DNA of 64,000 bases, from contig JBEULL010000018.1 in NCBI GenBank assembly GCA_041287365.1, forward strand, positions 240,908 through 304,907, in the 5' to 3' direction. Positions 19,629 to 30,456 of this stretch are shown here, in pieces; position 1 is the stretch's first letter, and each line of letters starts with the position of its first letter. The notes under the pieces are model-generated. The model saw only the letters and a program-made list of their open reading frames with translations. It did no database searches and was not told the origin of the DNA. Source of the stretch: Dissulfuribacterales bacterium. GTDB taxonomy: Bacteria; Desulfobacterota; Dissulfuribacteria; Dissulfuribacterales; DYLC01. The position numbers and the translations under genes were made by a program.

Positions 19629-20588
19629 ATGCCTCAAAAGACCTGGCAGGAAATAGAAAAAATCGGCCGACTGCTCTATGACGGCCTGAAGGAGTGCAGA
19701 CTATGTCCAAGGCAGTGCGGAGTGAACAGACTGAAGGGCAAACTGGGATTCTGCAGGGCCGGAGCTGCTGCCAAAGTGGCCAGAAGTGTGCCGCACATGG
19801 GAGAAGAGCCTCCCATTTCAGGGACACGAGGGGCTGGGACCATCTTCTTTTCCCATTGTCACATGGCCTGTATCTACTGCCAGAATTACCAGATCAGCCA
19901 TCTTCACCATGGCAGAGAGGTAAGTGTAGAAGAACTGGCAGGACTCATGTGGAAACTGGCTCAAAGAGGCTGTCACAACATAGAATGGGTCTCTGTCACC
20001 CATTTTCTGCCTCATGCAGTCCTTGCCTTGGCGGAGTGCATGAAAAACGGACTTGATCTGCCGGTAGTCATGAACTCGGGTGGCTACGAATCTGAAGACA
20101 CCCTGAGACTTCTGGAAGGTATAGTTGACATATATCTGCCTGATGCCAAATATGGAAACCGCAGATACGGCGTCAACTTTTCAAAAGCACCGGATTATCC
20201 AGCAATAAATCGAACCGCCCTGAACGAAATGATACGGCAGATAGGAGCGGAACTCGTGATGGACTCCTCCGGCATCGCAAGACAAGGTATAATCATTAGG
20301 CATCTAGTGCTGCCGGGTTGTACGGAGGACTCCAAGGATATATTGGAGTACATAGCCTTCCGCTATGGTGGGAATGTGCATGTCAGTCTCATGTCTCAGT
20401 ATTTTCCTGCCTTTCGAGCCAAAGAAGATGCGATGCTCGGCAGACATCTCCTGCCGCAGGAATATGAGGACGTCTTGAAATTTGCTGAGATATGCGGCCT
20501 GAGCAATGGGTGGTTTCAGTCCCATGAGCCTTTGAAGAAGGATTATTATCCTGATTTTCTGGACAATTCAATTGCCGTGATGTTATAA
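19629..20588 (+). CDS. radical SAM protein, PflX-like (pyruvate formate-lyase activase homologue)
   Basis: N-terminal CRLCPRQCGVNRLKGKLGFC plus a CxxxCxxC-type cluster (FSHCHMACIYCQNYQIS). Starts 1 nt after the rarA stop. Confidence 0.75.
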   Translation: MPQKTWQEIEKIGRLLYDGLKECRLCPRQCGVNRLKGKLGFCRAGAAAKVARSVPHMGEEPPISGTRGAGTIFFSHCHMACIYCQNYQISHLHHGREVSVEELAGLMWKLAQRGCHNIEWVSVTHFLPHAVLALAECMKNGLDLPVVMNSGGYESEDTLRLLEGIVDIYLPDAKYGNRRYGVNFSKAPDYPAINRTALNEMIRQIGAELVMDSSGIARQGIIIRHLVLPGCTEDSKDILEYIAFRYGGNVHVSLMSQYFPAFRAKEDAMLGRHLLPQEYEDVLKFAEICGLSNGWFQSHEPLKKDYYPDFLDNSIAVML

Positions 20589-20696
20589 TTCGAAATCCCC
20601 GTAAACCGGTGTTCGAGAGCCATTTCAGAAGGGAGTCCGCCGAATTCGGTTTGCTCGCATGGAGTTATGAAATCAGGCATGAAAAGGAGCTGATAT

Positions 20697-21887
20697 ATGT
20701 TTAAAAAATTACTACAAAAGCTCAAGTGGCCCGGCCAGACGGACTCCGAGGAAACACTTACGCAGGAAGGCGCTCAAAACGCCGAACAGGTGAAAGAACA
20801 GGCTTCTTCAGCGGCTTCATCTGCACCTGATACCTCGATTCATTCAAATGAAGGCCAGGCTCAGGCAATCGTACCAGTCGAACAGATTCCATTGAAAGAG
20901 ATTTGTGAACAAGAACAATCCCTGAAACAACCGATTGAACAGCAAATAGAAGATGAGCCGGAGCCCGAAGGTTTTTTTGCAAGATTGAAGAAACAGCTCA
21001 CCAAAAGCAAAGAGGGGTTTGTCCGCCGCATGGACGAACTGCTTTTGGGCAAAAAGGAGATCTCACCAGAGATATTAGACGAACTGGAGGAGATTCTGGT
21101 CACCGCTGATGTAGGAGTGAAGACAGCGGAAGAGATATTTGAGCAGATTCGCGCTGAGGTAAAACGCAAAGAATTGAATGACGTGGATGCGTTGCGAGAC
21201 CGCATCAAGTCGAAACTTTTAGAGTTGTTGCGTGTGAATGCACCTCCACTCACCTGGCACGGCGACCCCTGTGTAGTGTTGATAGTGGGTGTAAACGGCG
21301 TGGGAAAAACTACAACCATAGCCAAACTGACTCATTTTCTGCAGGAACAAGGTAAGACCTGCCTTCTGGCCGCCGCCGACACCTTCAGGGCTGCTGCCAT
21401 AGAACAGCTTGACACATGGGGACAGCGCCTTAATGTCCCTGTAATCAAACACAAACATGGAGCCGATCCATCGGCTGTGGCCTTCGATGCCATAGAGGCA
21501 GGCATAAAACGCAAAGTGAATGTGGTTATTATAGATACGGCCGGCAGACTTCACACCAAGACCAATCTCATGGAGGAGCTCAAGAAGATACGCCGTGTCA
21601 TTGCCAAAAAGATTGCAAATGCGCCTCACGAGACCTTTCTTGTGCTGGACGCCACCACAGGTCAGAACGCCCTATCTCAAGCCAAACTCTTTCAGGAGGC
21701 CACAGATCTTACTGGCATAGTGCTCACCAAGCTGGACGGGACCGCCAAAGGCGGCATAGTGGCGGCCGTTGCCCATCAAATGAGACTTCCCATCCGTTTC
21801 ATCGGCATAGGAGAGAAGATGCACGACTTAAGGCCATTTGACGCCAGAGACTTCGTAACCGCCCTGTTTGAAAACGAAGAAGGTTAG
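20697..21887 (+). CDS. ftsY: signal recognition particle receptor FtsY
   Basis: Acidic N-terminal region, then an NG domain with GVNGVGKTTTIAKL, DTAGR and TKLDGTAKGG. Confidence 0.9.
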   Translation: MFKKLLQKLKWPGQTDSEETLTQEGAQNAEQVKEQASSAASSAPDTSIHSNEGQAQAIVPVEQIPLKEICEQEQSLKQPIEQQIEDEPEPEGFFARLKKQLTKSKEGFVRRMDELLLGKKEISPEILDELEEILVTADVGVKTAEEIFEQIRAEVKRKELNDVDALRDRIKSKLLELLRVNAPPLTWHGDPCVVLIVGVNGVGKTTTIAKLTHFLQEQGKTCLLAAADTFRAAAIEQLDTWGQRLNVPVIKHKHGADPSAVAFDAIEAGIKRKVNVVIIDTAGRLHTKTNLMEELKKIRRVIAKKIANAPHETFLVLDATTGQNALSQAKLFQEATDLTGIVLTKLDGTAKGGIVAAVAHQMRLPIRFIGIGEKMHDLRPFDARDFVTALFENEEG

Positions 21888-21889
21888 AC

Positions 21890-23266
21890 CTATCCTATAG
21901 GCTCATACCAGAATGGCAGCAAAATGATGTAAGTGGCGCCCATGCCATAGACCAGGAGTTCGCACAGCCTGTGCCTGAGCGGGCTGACAAGCCCATAAAA
22001 ATCCCCATATACCAGCCGGTGCAGCACATGAAGGCCTGCCACCACACTGCTTATAACCAGAAACAGGTCCATGCCAGGATAAAACCAGGAAGGCACATGA
22101 AATTCCCAATGCGAGAGGTCAAATCCAAACTGTCTGCCCAAAGTCGGAAAAAAGAACTGAGACTCGTATACTGCATAGTTCAGACGACAGACCAGTTCGC
22201 CGGCAAAGGCCGTGGGTACGAACACCGGCACCATGGGAGAGAATTTGCCGAAGAGTTCGTCTTCTGTAGTGCCAAAGATGCGCGCCCCAAGTTTCAAAAA
22301 CAGCATGGCAATCACGAACCAGAAAAACAGCAGGGCGGAAAACATGAGCATTCTATACACCAGGGTCTCCGTTGCAGGCGTAAATGCCTTGAGAAGGCCA
22401 TAATCCATAAAACGAGCCAGCTGTGAGGCTATCAGCAGGGGGATGATATAAGAACAGGTGATGTAGCGACCTTTACTCGTAATCAACTCGGCAAACGGGC
22501 TTCTGAAATTGATACGTGGGGAATTTTTGTCACATAACGACACGCATCGACCGCAGATGAGGCAATCCAGGTTATTGACCACACCAAATGCGCCCAGATA
22601 CACAGGGCATCCACGCTGTCCGTCCCTACCCTTCTTGCATGCAAAGGTCTTGCATTCTCTGCAGATGTTGTGGTCAGGCCTGAACTCCGTCATGGACATG
22701 GTGGAGGCCACGCCTGTGATGCGTCCCATGGGGCAGAGATAGCGGCACCAGGCCTGAAGCGGGTACAATATGGAAAAAAACGTGGCGCCTCCCAAAATGG
22801 CCAGAATCAGCAAGGCCGTGGCTCGAGGAGACTCCTTTATGCCCATACTCTCTTCCAGCCAGATAATGACGGCAAACAAAAAGACCGCCCAATATATACC
22901 GTATTTTTGCAGCCAACTGGGAATAGGCCTGTATTTAACCCAGCCCAGACGCTGAAAGACCCTTCCAAGCCCGGGGAAAGGACAGAAACCACACCACATG
23001 CGCCCCACAAAAAACCAGCTCAAGACCATGCTGGGCCACCATAGACCCCATGAGAGAAAAATGACCACATTTTCTCGAGGATTTTGAGGGCCGAACAGAC
23101 CTGCCAGGATAATGAAGGCAAAGACCAGGTCGCCCACTGTCCTAATGGAGGCATGCAGTTTTCTGCGTTGCAGAACATGCTTGACGGCAGGAAAGACCTG
23201 AAACAGATTCATGCGCTCATTGGGATATTGATCGAAAAATATGCCTATAACACGCTTGAGTTGCAT
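21890..23266 (-). CDS. polytopic membrane 4Fe-4S-binding protein (NapH/MauN-like N-terminal half plus additional C-terminal TM helices)
   Basis: Multiple hydrophobic helices with the Cys motifs CGFCPFPG, CRYLCPMG, CRECKTFAC...CPV and CLICGRCVSLC. Start probably MQLKR at 23266. The stop lies only 2 nt from the convergent ftsY stop. Confidence 0.65.
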   Translation of the reverse strand: MQLKRVIGIFFDQYPNERMNLFQVFPAVKHVLQRRKLHASIRTVGDLVFAFIILAGLFGPQNPRENVVIFLSWGLWWPSMVLSWFFVGRMWCGFCPFPGLGRVFQRLGWVKYRPIPSWLQKYGIYWAVFLFAVIIWLEESMGIKESPRATALLILAILGGATFFSILYPLQAWCRYLCPMGRITGVASTMSMTEFRPDHNICRECKTFACKKGRDGQRGCPVYLGAFGVVNNLDCLICGRCVSLCDKNSPRINFRSPFAELITSKGRYITCSYIIPLLIASQLARFMDYGLLKAFTPATETLVYRMLMFSALLFFWFVIAMLFLKLGARIFGTTEDELFGKFSPMVPVFVPTAFAGELVCRLNYAVYESQFFFPTLGRQFGFDLSHWEFHVPSWFYPGMDLFLVISSVVAGLHVLHRLVYGDFYGLVSPLRHRLCELLVYGMGATYIILLPFWYEPIG

Positions 23267-23491
23267 CTTTCCCGCCCTGTTATCTATTGAAAATTCAAAA
23301 AAGTATAAATAAAATTCGTTCAATCAGGCTGTTCACACTTTTTGTGATTTTAAGCATAAACACCAAAACTTGTCCAGAAAATTTATCGAACGCAAAACTG
23401 AAGCAATGGCGATTTAACCTAAGCTTCAATTGACTTTTTGGGTTTTTGTAATAATAACGAACTTATTTCAAAAACAATAAACGGAATCAAT

Positions 23492-25990
23492 ATGAAACAT
23501 CCATTGTCTCTGGCCCTTGTATCAGGCCTTTGCATCTTTTTGCTTGGATACATATATCTCGACAACGAACTTCAACAGGAAATCGCACTGCACGAACATA
23601 CGCACATCACCCTTCAAAAAGGCCTGCTGGACACCATAGCGGCCAAATTACGAAAAGACGCCGAAATTCACTTTCATCTCTTTGTGCTGCGCAATGAGGT
23701 CATTGAACGCATGAAACACGCTGCAACTGCAGATATAGCTGACAGACAGGCGCTGCAACAGGATTTACAGGAGCTGCTGAAACCGGTCTATGCGCTGCTC
23801 AAACCCATGGGCATGAAAGGTCTGTACATATACGACGCGCACTCCATGCACATGCTGCAACTCCATGAGGACACAGTAGTCGATACGAAACCGCCCGCCG
23901 CCGAACGACCTGAAATGGTGCGGGCAGACATGGAGAAAAGGCCGGTAACCTGTTTCAGGACATGGGAAAGCGGAGTGATGCTGTGCAATATCTTTCCCAT
24001 TCTGCTCGACAACAGTCTCATCGGCCATGCTGAGTTCATATTTTCTCACGATTATATTCTGAAACAACTCAAAGATATCAATGCAGGCTTTGCAGTACGC
24101 ACAGATTATGACATCATTATAAAAAAGGGTCTGTCTGCTGCTTGGCAGAAACGTAAAAAACCTCAGGAATATAAAGAAGCTTTTCGCATGCCGGACTGGC
24201 TCATGCGTCGAAACGATTCAGATTCATTCAGAGAGTACGGCACCACCTTAGACGACCTGTCGAATGCAGTCTTTGCCGCCGGCCACGGAAATGAATTACA
24301 GCGCAGATTGACTGAGGCCAAACCATTCGCCATTCATGCCCCATTCGGTAACGGCGCGGCATCCCTCATATTTCTTCCCATTCTGGGCATACAGGACGAA
24401 CTTCAGGCGTATACAGTCATTTTCATTCCAAGGGATTTGGAATACATGAAATTACAAGATGACTACAAAACAAGGCTTATCTTTCTCTGCGCCTTTGCCA
24501 TGCTGTTTGCATTTCTTGCGTATTTAACGGCCTTTTCATACCAAAAACAGCGTAAGACCACCAATTTTCTTTCCGCCCTGGTGAGTAACATACCTGATGG
24601 TCTTCTGGTGATAGACTCCGAATGGAGAATACAGGAATCCAATGAAACCGCCTGCCGCATTCTTGGGTACTCGAGAGAGGAACTGGTTGGACAGAACCCC
24701 CACTATCTTCTGCACTATTATGAAGGCCACACCATCGCCCAGAAGGACTGCCCGATTTATAAAATAGTAATGGAAATAGGTAGTTATACTGGGGAAACAG
24801 AGTTAAAGACCAAAAACGGCAAGATTGTTTCCATGCACGTCTCGTGCAGTATGTTTCAACAGGGCAACAAACGCCATAAAAATACCGTAATGGTCTTTCG
24901 GGATATATCCTCTCAGAACGCTGCCCGTCGCGAATTACAGGAAAGCGCCGGATTTTACGCCATGCTCATGGATATCACCACCCTGTTTCTCACCAACGAC
25001 CACAAACGCATGGACGAAACCATCGTCTATGCCATCGGGCAGATAGCCCGTTTTTTTGAGGCAGACCGCTGCTACCTCTGCCACTTTTCTGAGGACTATG
25101 AGTTTCTCACATCCACCTATAGCTGGCATCGAGAAGGGTTAAGTGACACTGGAGTTTCCTGCCTGGAGGCCGTCAAGAAGTGCGGCTGGTTCGTGGACAA
25201 GCTATTTCGTCATCAGCCGGTATATGTCTCAAATATAGATGAGCTGCCTGCAACCGCCTACTGTGAACGGGATTCCATGATCAAGGGCCAAATAAACGCC
25301 CTTGTGCTTTTGCCTGTCATGGATAATGCCATCACCACAGGCTGCTACGTCTTTGAATACAATAGGCCGTACAAATTTACAGAAAACTTCATAACCCGTA
25401 TGCTTTTTGCTACGGACATTGTTACCAATGCCCTTTACAAATTCAGATTCGAAAAACAGATGGTGCATCTGGCCACTACGGATGGGCTTACAGGGCTATT
25501 CAATCGCAGACATTTTCTTGAACTGGCCGAAAAAGAGATACACATAGCCCTGCGTTACAAAAATCCTCTATCCATGATCATGTTCGATATAGACCACTTC
25601 AAGCGTATAAACGACTCCTTTGGCCATGCCATAGGTGATGAAGTCCTGCGAGAACTGGCAAGACGAGTAAAACAAACTCTGCGTGAGACCGATTTCGCCG
25701 GCAGACTGGGTGGAGAGGAGTTCGCTGTGATATGCAGGGCCCTGCCAAACGAGGCTTATATCCTGGCGGAAAGGCTGAGAAAGGCCATGAAAGACAAAGC
25801 TGTAGTGTGCGGAGAGACGAACATCCCCTTTACCATCTCTCTGGGCATAGCAGGGCTACAAGACGGCGTGCAAGACATCACGGAGCTGCTCAAGCGGGCG
25901 GACGACGCCCTTTATAAGGCCAAAAACGCGGGCAGGGATCAAGCAAAAGTCTGGAGTGAAGATACATACAGCCTTGAACAGACTTTATGA
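23492..25990 (+). CDS. membrane-bound diguanylate cyclase: periplasmic sensor region, PAS, GAF-like and GGDEF domains
   Basis: Two TM segments flank a ~300-aa extracytoplasmic region. PAS (GLLVIDSEWRIQESNETACRILGYSREELVGQ). GGDEF with an intact GGEEF and an RETD (RxxD) I-site 5 residues upstream. Start set at MKHPL (23492). Confidence 0.85.
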   Translation: MKHPLSLALVSGLCIFLLGYIYLDNELQQEIALHEHTHITLQKGLLDTIAAKLRKDAEIHFHLFVLRNEVIERMKHAATADIADRQALQQDLQELLKPVYALLKPMGMKGLYIYDAHSMHMLQLHEDTVVDTKPPAAERPEMVRADMEKRPVTCFRTWESGVMLCNIFPILLDNSLIGHAEFIFSHDYILKQLKDINAGFAVRTDYDIIIKKGLSAAWQKRKKPQEYKEAFRMPDWLMRRNDSDSFREYGTTLDDLSNAVFAAGHGNELQRRLTEAKPFAIHAPFGNGAASLIFLPILGIQDELQAYTVIFIPRDLEYMKLQDDYKTRLIFLCAFAMLFAFLAYLTAFSYQKQRKTTNFLSALVSNIPDGLLVIDSEWRIQESNETACRILGYSREELVGQNPHYLLHYYEGHTIAQKDCPIYKIVMEIGSYTGETELKTKNGKIVSMHVSCSMFQQGNKRHKNTVMVFRDISSQNAARRELQESAGFYAMLMDITTLFLTNDHKRMDETIVYAIGQIARFFEADRCYLCHFSEDYEFLTSTYSWHREGLSDTGVSCLEAVKKCGWFVDKLFRHQPVYVSNIDELPATAYCERDSMIKGQINALVLLPVMDNAITTGCYVFEYNRPYKFTENFITRMLFATDIVTNALYKFRFEKQMVHLATTDGLTGLFNRRHFLELAEKEIHIALRYKNPLSMIMFDIDHFKRINDSFGHAIGDEVLRELARRVKQTLRETDFAGRLGGEEFAVICRALPNEAYILAERLRKAMKDKAVVCGETNIPFTISLGIAGLQDGVQDITELLKRADDALYKAKNAGRDQAKVWSEDTYSLEQTL

Positions 25991-25994
25991 AGAT

Positions 25995-28430
25995 TTAGCC
26001 CCTTTTCATCAGAGATGCTATGGCCTCGATGAGATCTGTAATTCCAAAGGGCTTTTGCAGAAATGCAATGTTTTTCTGCTGCAATACCGCCATATCCCTT
26101 TCTTCAATGGCAAAGCCTGACATGAATATGGCCTTAATGTCACCATATACGGATGAGAGTTCTCTCCAAAGTTCTATGCCGCTGATGCCTGGCATTGCAA
26201 TGTCTGTAACGACTATATCCACTTCAGGCCTTTCTTCATTTATGACTCGCAGACACTCCTTCGGATCAGTGTAAGTCTTGACTTTATGGCCGTGGGCTGA
26301 AAGCACCATGGAAACCATGGAGACTATGTGTTCGTCGTCGTCCACCACCAGAAGGTTCAAACCTTTTTCCTCGCTGACCTGCTTGTCTGGTTGCAACTGA
26401 GCAGGAGCCTCAGCGGAGTTACATGCGCTGTCTGAGTCCATCGCAGGAAATGTAATGGTGAAAACTGTGCCCTTTCCTACCTCGCTCTTTACGCTTATCT
26501 CTCCGCTATGCTGTTTCACAATGCCATAGACAGTGAATAGGCCCAGGCCGGTTCCGTGTTCAGGCCCCTTTGTGGTGAAAAACGGGTCGAATATGCGCTC
26601 CTGAACCGCCATGCTCATACCACAGCCCGTATCGCTCACTTGCAAAATCACACGTCTGCAACTGCCCTCATGAGACTGTATCTCCTCGTTTCTGGTCTCT
26701 ATGGTGACTGTCCCGCCTTCAGGCATGGCATCCCTTGCATTCAGAAGCAGGTTCATAAGTATCTGTTCCATCTGCCCTTTGTCCGCCAGTACAGAAAAGA
26801 GATTTGAAGCCAATTTCGTTTCAATCCGTATATTTTCTCCCAAAAGATGAAACAGACCGTTTTTAAGCTCCATGATCACGGAATTCAAATCTATTTTTTT
26901 CGGCTCTGATTCCGTTCTTTTGCCGAAGGCCAATATCTGTTTTACTATTTCGGCAGCCCGCTTCGCAGCCTTCTTGATCTCCAGCAGATAGGCATGCATT
27001 TTTTCATGGGTGGATACCATCTGAAGCCCCATCTCAGCATATCCAAGCACCGGCATGAGAAAATTGTTGAGGTTATGGGCTATACCGCCCGCAAGCCTGC
27101 CAACTGCCTCCAGTTTATGAGCCTGCATCAGTTGTCGTTGAATCTCCATGGCCTGATTCAATGCCCTTTTCTTGTCCGTGATATCTCGAGACAGAATGAT
27201 GAAATGAGGCTGCTGTCCTTTAGGCATCTTTTTGGGTACCACATTGAACTCGAACCATCTCAGGTTCCCATGCACCTCCAGTGAATATTCACCTGTGGAG
27301 CGGCCAAGGGTCAAGGCTGTTTGAAGTCCCCTCATACCGGCCTCCGCCGCTTCGGCAGGCAGGCAATCCACAAGGGTCTTTCCTATAAAATCTTCTTTGG
27401 GAACCAAAAGAAGTTCAGGACTCGAGGAGTGAAAGTCATAAAAACGGCCCGAGATGTCCACCTCGAACAGCAGGTCTGGAAGTGCATTCAGTGTGGCCTC
27501 CAGATGGTTTTTGATACCTGTCAATTCTCGCGTGCGGCGGACTACCATGTAACGCAGGACAAGCACCATCATGCACAGGATAACGACCGTTCCTGCTCCA
27601 ATCCACATGAGCAGCAAGAGTCTGTCGTTCAAGGGCGTTGCTATGGGTCTTCCCATCCATTTGTTTCGAATCTGCTCATATTCCTGCGAAGTAATGGCTG
27701 CAAAACCCTTTTGAACCGTATTGAAAAGCTCTTTGTCTCCCTTTCTGACTGCCCTGTGAAACTCACCGCTATATAGAGGAAAGGCATATCGAAAGTCATC
27801 CTTCGCCTTTTTCTTATAAATCAGAAAATTGGCAGGCGGTTCATCCATACAGAACACCTTCAGCCTTTTCTCCACAGCCTCATTTATTATGGCCTCATAA
27901 CTGGAGTAAAGACGAATGTCCTTTATACCATGGTCATTAAGCCAATCCACACAGGCATCGCCTGCCTTGACCCCGACCACAAAACCCCGTAGGCTGGTGA
28001 GGTCCGTAATGCCTGCAATATCTCTGTATATATAGATGGCCACAGGTATGGGCTCATGAGGCGGCAAAAAGTCTAAAAAGGTCTCTCTTTGCTGCGTTCT
28101 AAAGGTGGTATCTATCACATCAGCCTTTCCTTCAGCCATAGCCCGCAGACAATCGGCCCAATCCATGCCTGTGAGCACAACGGTGATGCCGGTCTTCTCC
28201 TGCCACAGTTTCCATTCGTCCACCAGCTTGCCCACCAATTTGCCCTGTTCATTTCTAAAGACATAAGGCGGATAGTTGTCGTCCAAGACCACGGTTATGG
28301 AGGAGCGCTCGCCATAACTCGCAGCATCGATAAGAGGCAATATAGCCAGAAAAATGCCGATGGCCAGAAAGAATAACCGATATGACCCATATCCACGGTA
28401 TCGCCTTGAATCTGGGCATCTGCCCCTCAT
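25995..28430 (-). CDS. hybrid sensor histidine kinase: periplasmic solute-binding (SBP family 3-like) domain, TM, PAS, HisKA, HATPase and receiver
   Basis: N-terminal amino-acid-binding-protein-like domain (VLDDNYPPYVF, DVIDT). H-box GGIAHNLNN, N/G boxes (LLLNARDA, DTGCGM, GTGLGL), and a C-terminal REC (LLVVDDDE...TDIAMPGISG). ATGA overlap with the upstream PP-loop gene. Confidence 0.85.
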   Translation of the reverse strand: MRGRCPDSRRYRGYGSYRLFFLAIGIFLAILPLIDAASYGERSSITVVLDDNYPPYVFRNEQGKLVGKLVDEWKLWQEKTGITVVLTGMDWADCLRAMAEGKADVIDTTFRTQQRETFLDFLPPHEPIPVAIYIYRDIAGITDLTSLRGFVVGVKAGDACVDWLNDHGIKDIRLYSSYEAIINEAVEKRLKVFCMDEPPANFLIYKKKAKDDFRYAFPLYSGEFHRAVRKGDKELFNTVQKGFAAITSQEYEQIRNKWMGRPIATPLNDRLLLLMWIGAGTVVILCMMVLVLRYMVVRRTRELTGIKNHLEATLNALPDLLFEVDISGRFYDFHSSSPELLLVPKEDFIGKTLVDCLPAEAAEAGMRGLQTALTLGRSTGEYSLEVHGNLRWFEFNVVPKKMPKGQQPHFIILSRDITDKKRALNQAMEIQRQLMQAHKLEAVGRLAGGIAHNLNNFLMPVLGYAEMGLQMVSTHEKMHAYLLEIKKAAKRAAEIVKQILAFGKRTESEPKKIDLNSVIMELKNGLFHLLGENIRIETKLASNLFSVLADKGQMEQILMNLLLNARDAMPEGGTVTIETRNEEIQSHEGSCRRVILQVSDTGCGMSMAVQERIFDPFFTTKGPEHGTGLGLFTVYGIVKQHSGEISVKSEVGKGTVFTITFPAMDSDSACNSAEAPAQLQPDKQVSEEKGLNLLVVDDDEHIVSMVSMVLSAHGHKVKTYTDPKECLRVINEERPEVDIVVTDIAMPGISGIELWRELSSVYGDIKAIFMSGFAIEERDMAVLQQKNIAFLQKPFGITDLIEAIASLMKRG

Positions 28431-29149
28431 AGCAAATATTCCTTTCTCACGTTGGATAGCCCCTTGAAGATGTTGTCTCGAATGCGGCGATCAGTTTCAT
28501 ATAGATTCGTCAGCAAGGATTTTATACCCTCGCGGCGTGTTTTACCAGCGGACGGGCAAGGATTTTGTGACACAGGCAAACACAATTCCATTGCCATGCG
28601 TTCAATCTTGTCCTTGGAAACCAGTGCCAAAGGACGAATGAGAGTGAGACGTCCTTGAAACATCTCCTGTTTTGGAACCATGGTGCTCATCTCACCGGCA
28701 TAACAGAGGTTCAGGAAAAATGTTTCTATGAGGTCATCCTGATTGTGCCCCAGGGCCAGTTTGTTGCAACCGAGAGCGGCAGTCAACTGAAACAGCCGCT
28801 TTCTGCGCCATAGGGAACAGAGAAAGCACGGGCTTTTGCCTCGATTAAATGCAGAATGCGCCAGAATGCCGTAGTCCGTATCCTCCATGTGAAAAGAAAG
28901 GCCCATTTTGCGAAAAAAGTCCAAAAGTAGCCTTCTGGCCTGGGATTGAAACCCCATATCCAGATATACAGGAATGATAGTGTATGAAATGGGCGCCTTC
29001 TGAAGCCAGTGGCGCAGAAACCATAGAAGCAGAAGGCTGTCCGAGCCGCCGGAAACAGCCACGAGAATGCGGTCGCCGTCCTGCAGCAACCCGTATTGGT
29101 GTATGGCCTGGCCCACCAGATGATTTACACGTTTTTTCAAAAATCCCAT
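28427..29149 (-). CDS. PP-loop ATPase, TtcA-family tRNA thiolase-like
   Basis: SGGSDS PP-loop, CFLCSLWRR CxxC motif, LALGHNQDD. Start set at MGFLKK (29149) to avoid overlapping ispDF. Confidence 0.7.
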   Translation of the reverse strand: MGFLKKRVNHLVGQAIHQYGLLQDGDRILVAVSGGSDSLLLLWFLRHWLQKAPISYTIIPVYLDMGFQSQARRLLLDFFRKMGLSFHMEDTDYGILAHSAFNRGKSPCFLCSLWRRKRLFQLTAALGCNKLALGHNQDDLIETFFLNLCYAGEMSTMVPKQEMFQGRLTLIRPLALVSKDKIERMAMELCLPVSQNPCPSAGKTRREGIKSLLTNLYETDRRIRDNIFKGLSNVRKEYLL

Positions 29150-29169
29150 AATACGTGAATCAGGGCCGT

Positions 29170-30438
29170 TTAAGACACCTGTTTTGCCACAAGCACTGTG
29201 GCATAACAAGCCATTCCCTCGCCTTTTCCAGCAAATCCCATGCCCTCAGTGGTAGTGGCCTTTATGTTTATACATGCGGCAGGTGCAGCGCAGATTTCAG
29301 CTATATTGCCTCGCATTTCTTGAAAATAAGGGGCCAGCTTGGGGGCCTGGGCCACCAGAGTGATATCTGCGTTTTCCACAGAAAAACCTCGTGCATGGGC
29401 CAGTTTCACCACCTCTTTTAAAAGCAGAAGACTGGAGATGTCTTTATATCGCATATCGGAATCAGGGAAATGACAGCCTATATCCCCTTCTCCCATGGCG
29501 CCCAATATGGCGTCGCACAGGGCGTGAGTCAGCACATCCGCATCAGAATGGCCGTCCAGACCAAAATCAAAGGGTATCTCCACTCCGCCCAGAACCAGCC
29601 TTCTGCCTGCTGTCAAACGATGGGCATCGTAGCCCATGCCCACTCGTATTCTTGGCATTTCGCAAGGGCTCGCTGCCTTGTGTGCAGGAAATGAAAGGTG
29701 AGCACGCACTTGGGCTGTACTTGGGAATTTAGTGGTGTCTTTCGTTTTTTCGCTATTACGGGCCTGTAGAATCAATTCAGCCAGTTGAAGGTCAACCGGC
29801 TCCGTTATCTTGAGATTGGTCCAATCAGAGCTCATAACCGCAACTGGAACACCTATGAGCTCCAAAAGCCCTGCCTCATCCGTAAAAGAAAGTCCTTTTT
29901 TGTCCGCCTCTTCATAGGCTCGAAGCAGGTCTGCCTTTTTGCAAACCTGAGGGGTCTGAGCCAGAAAAAGCCGATCACGAGGAATAGTGCGAAGTATCAA
30001 GCCGTCTTCGTCTGTCTCTTTAACAGTATCCATCACAGGGGCTGCAAGCAGGGCAGCGCCCAAATCCTTGGCCAGAATACATAGTTCTTCTATGACATCA
30101 GGTGTTACAAGAGGCCTTGCACCGTCGTGCACCGCCACCCAATTCAGAGCAGGGTCAGTGGCAAGCAGGGCGTTTTTTACAGACTCCTGACGGGAAGCCC
30201 CTCCCTCCACCAGCCTCACAGGCTTTACTGACATGAGGTCCTGCATGGCAAGGGTCGCCTGTTCCATGTAATCTGTATGCACAGCCACTACCACCTCTTG
30301 AATGAAATCAGCCAAAAGCATGGCATTGACGCTGTGATAGAGCACAGGTCTGCCATTTAGGGGCAAAAACTGCTTGGGCACCACAGAGCCAAAACGCACT
30401 CCCATGCCTGCCGCCGCGACTATTCCGGAAACCCTCAT
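29170..30438 (-). CDS. ispDF: bifunctional 2-C-methyl-D-erythritol 4-phosphate cytidylyltransferase / 2-C-methyl-D-erythritol 2,4-cyclodiphosphate synthase
   Basis: N-terminal IspD (VAAAGMGVRFG, KQFL) and C-terminal IspF (RVGMGYDAHRL, GHSDADVLTHA, ATTTEGMGF), joined by a ~35-aa linker. Confidence 0.9.
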   Translation of the reverse strand: MRVSGIVAAAGMGVRFGSVVPKQFLPLNGRPVLYHSVNAMLLADFIQEVVVAVHTDYMEQATLAMQDLMSVKPVRLVEGGASRQESVKNALLATDPALNWVAVHDGARPLVTPDVIEELCILAKDLGAALLAAPVMDTVKETDEDGLILRTIPRDRLFLAQTPQVCKKADLLRAYEEADKKGLSFTDEAGLLELIGVPVAVMSSDWTNLKITEPVDLQLAELILQARNSEKTKDTTKFPSTAQVRAHLSFPAHKAASPCEMPRIRVGMGYDAHRLTAGRRLVLGGVEIPFDFGLDGHSDADVLTHALCDAILGAMGEGDIGCHFPDSDMRYKDISSLLLLKEVVKLAHARGFSVENADITLVAQAPKLAPYFQEMRGNIAEICAAPAACINIKATTTEGMGFAGKGEGMACYATVLVAKQVS

Positions 30439-30456
30439 ACTACCCCCTATCTACCA

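Noticed and set aside
21885-21892. Convergent ftsY and 4Fe-4S membrane-protein genes ending 2 nt apart, as a possible regulatory antisense overlap
   Set aside because: No hairpin or other signal is visible. It may simply reflect compact gene packing, and nothing testable can be drawn from the sequence alone.
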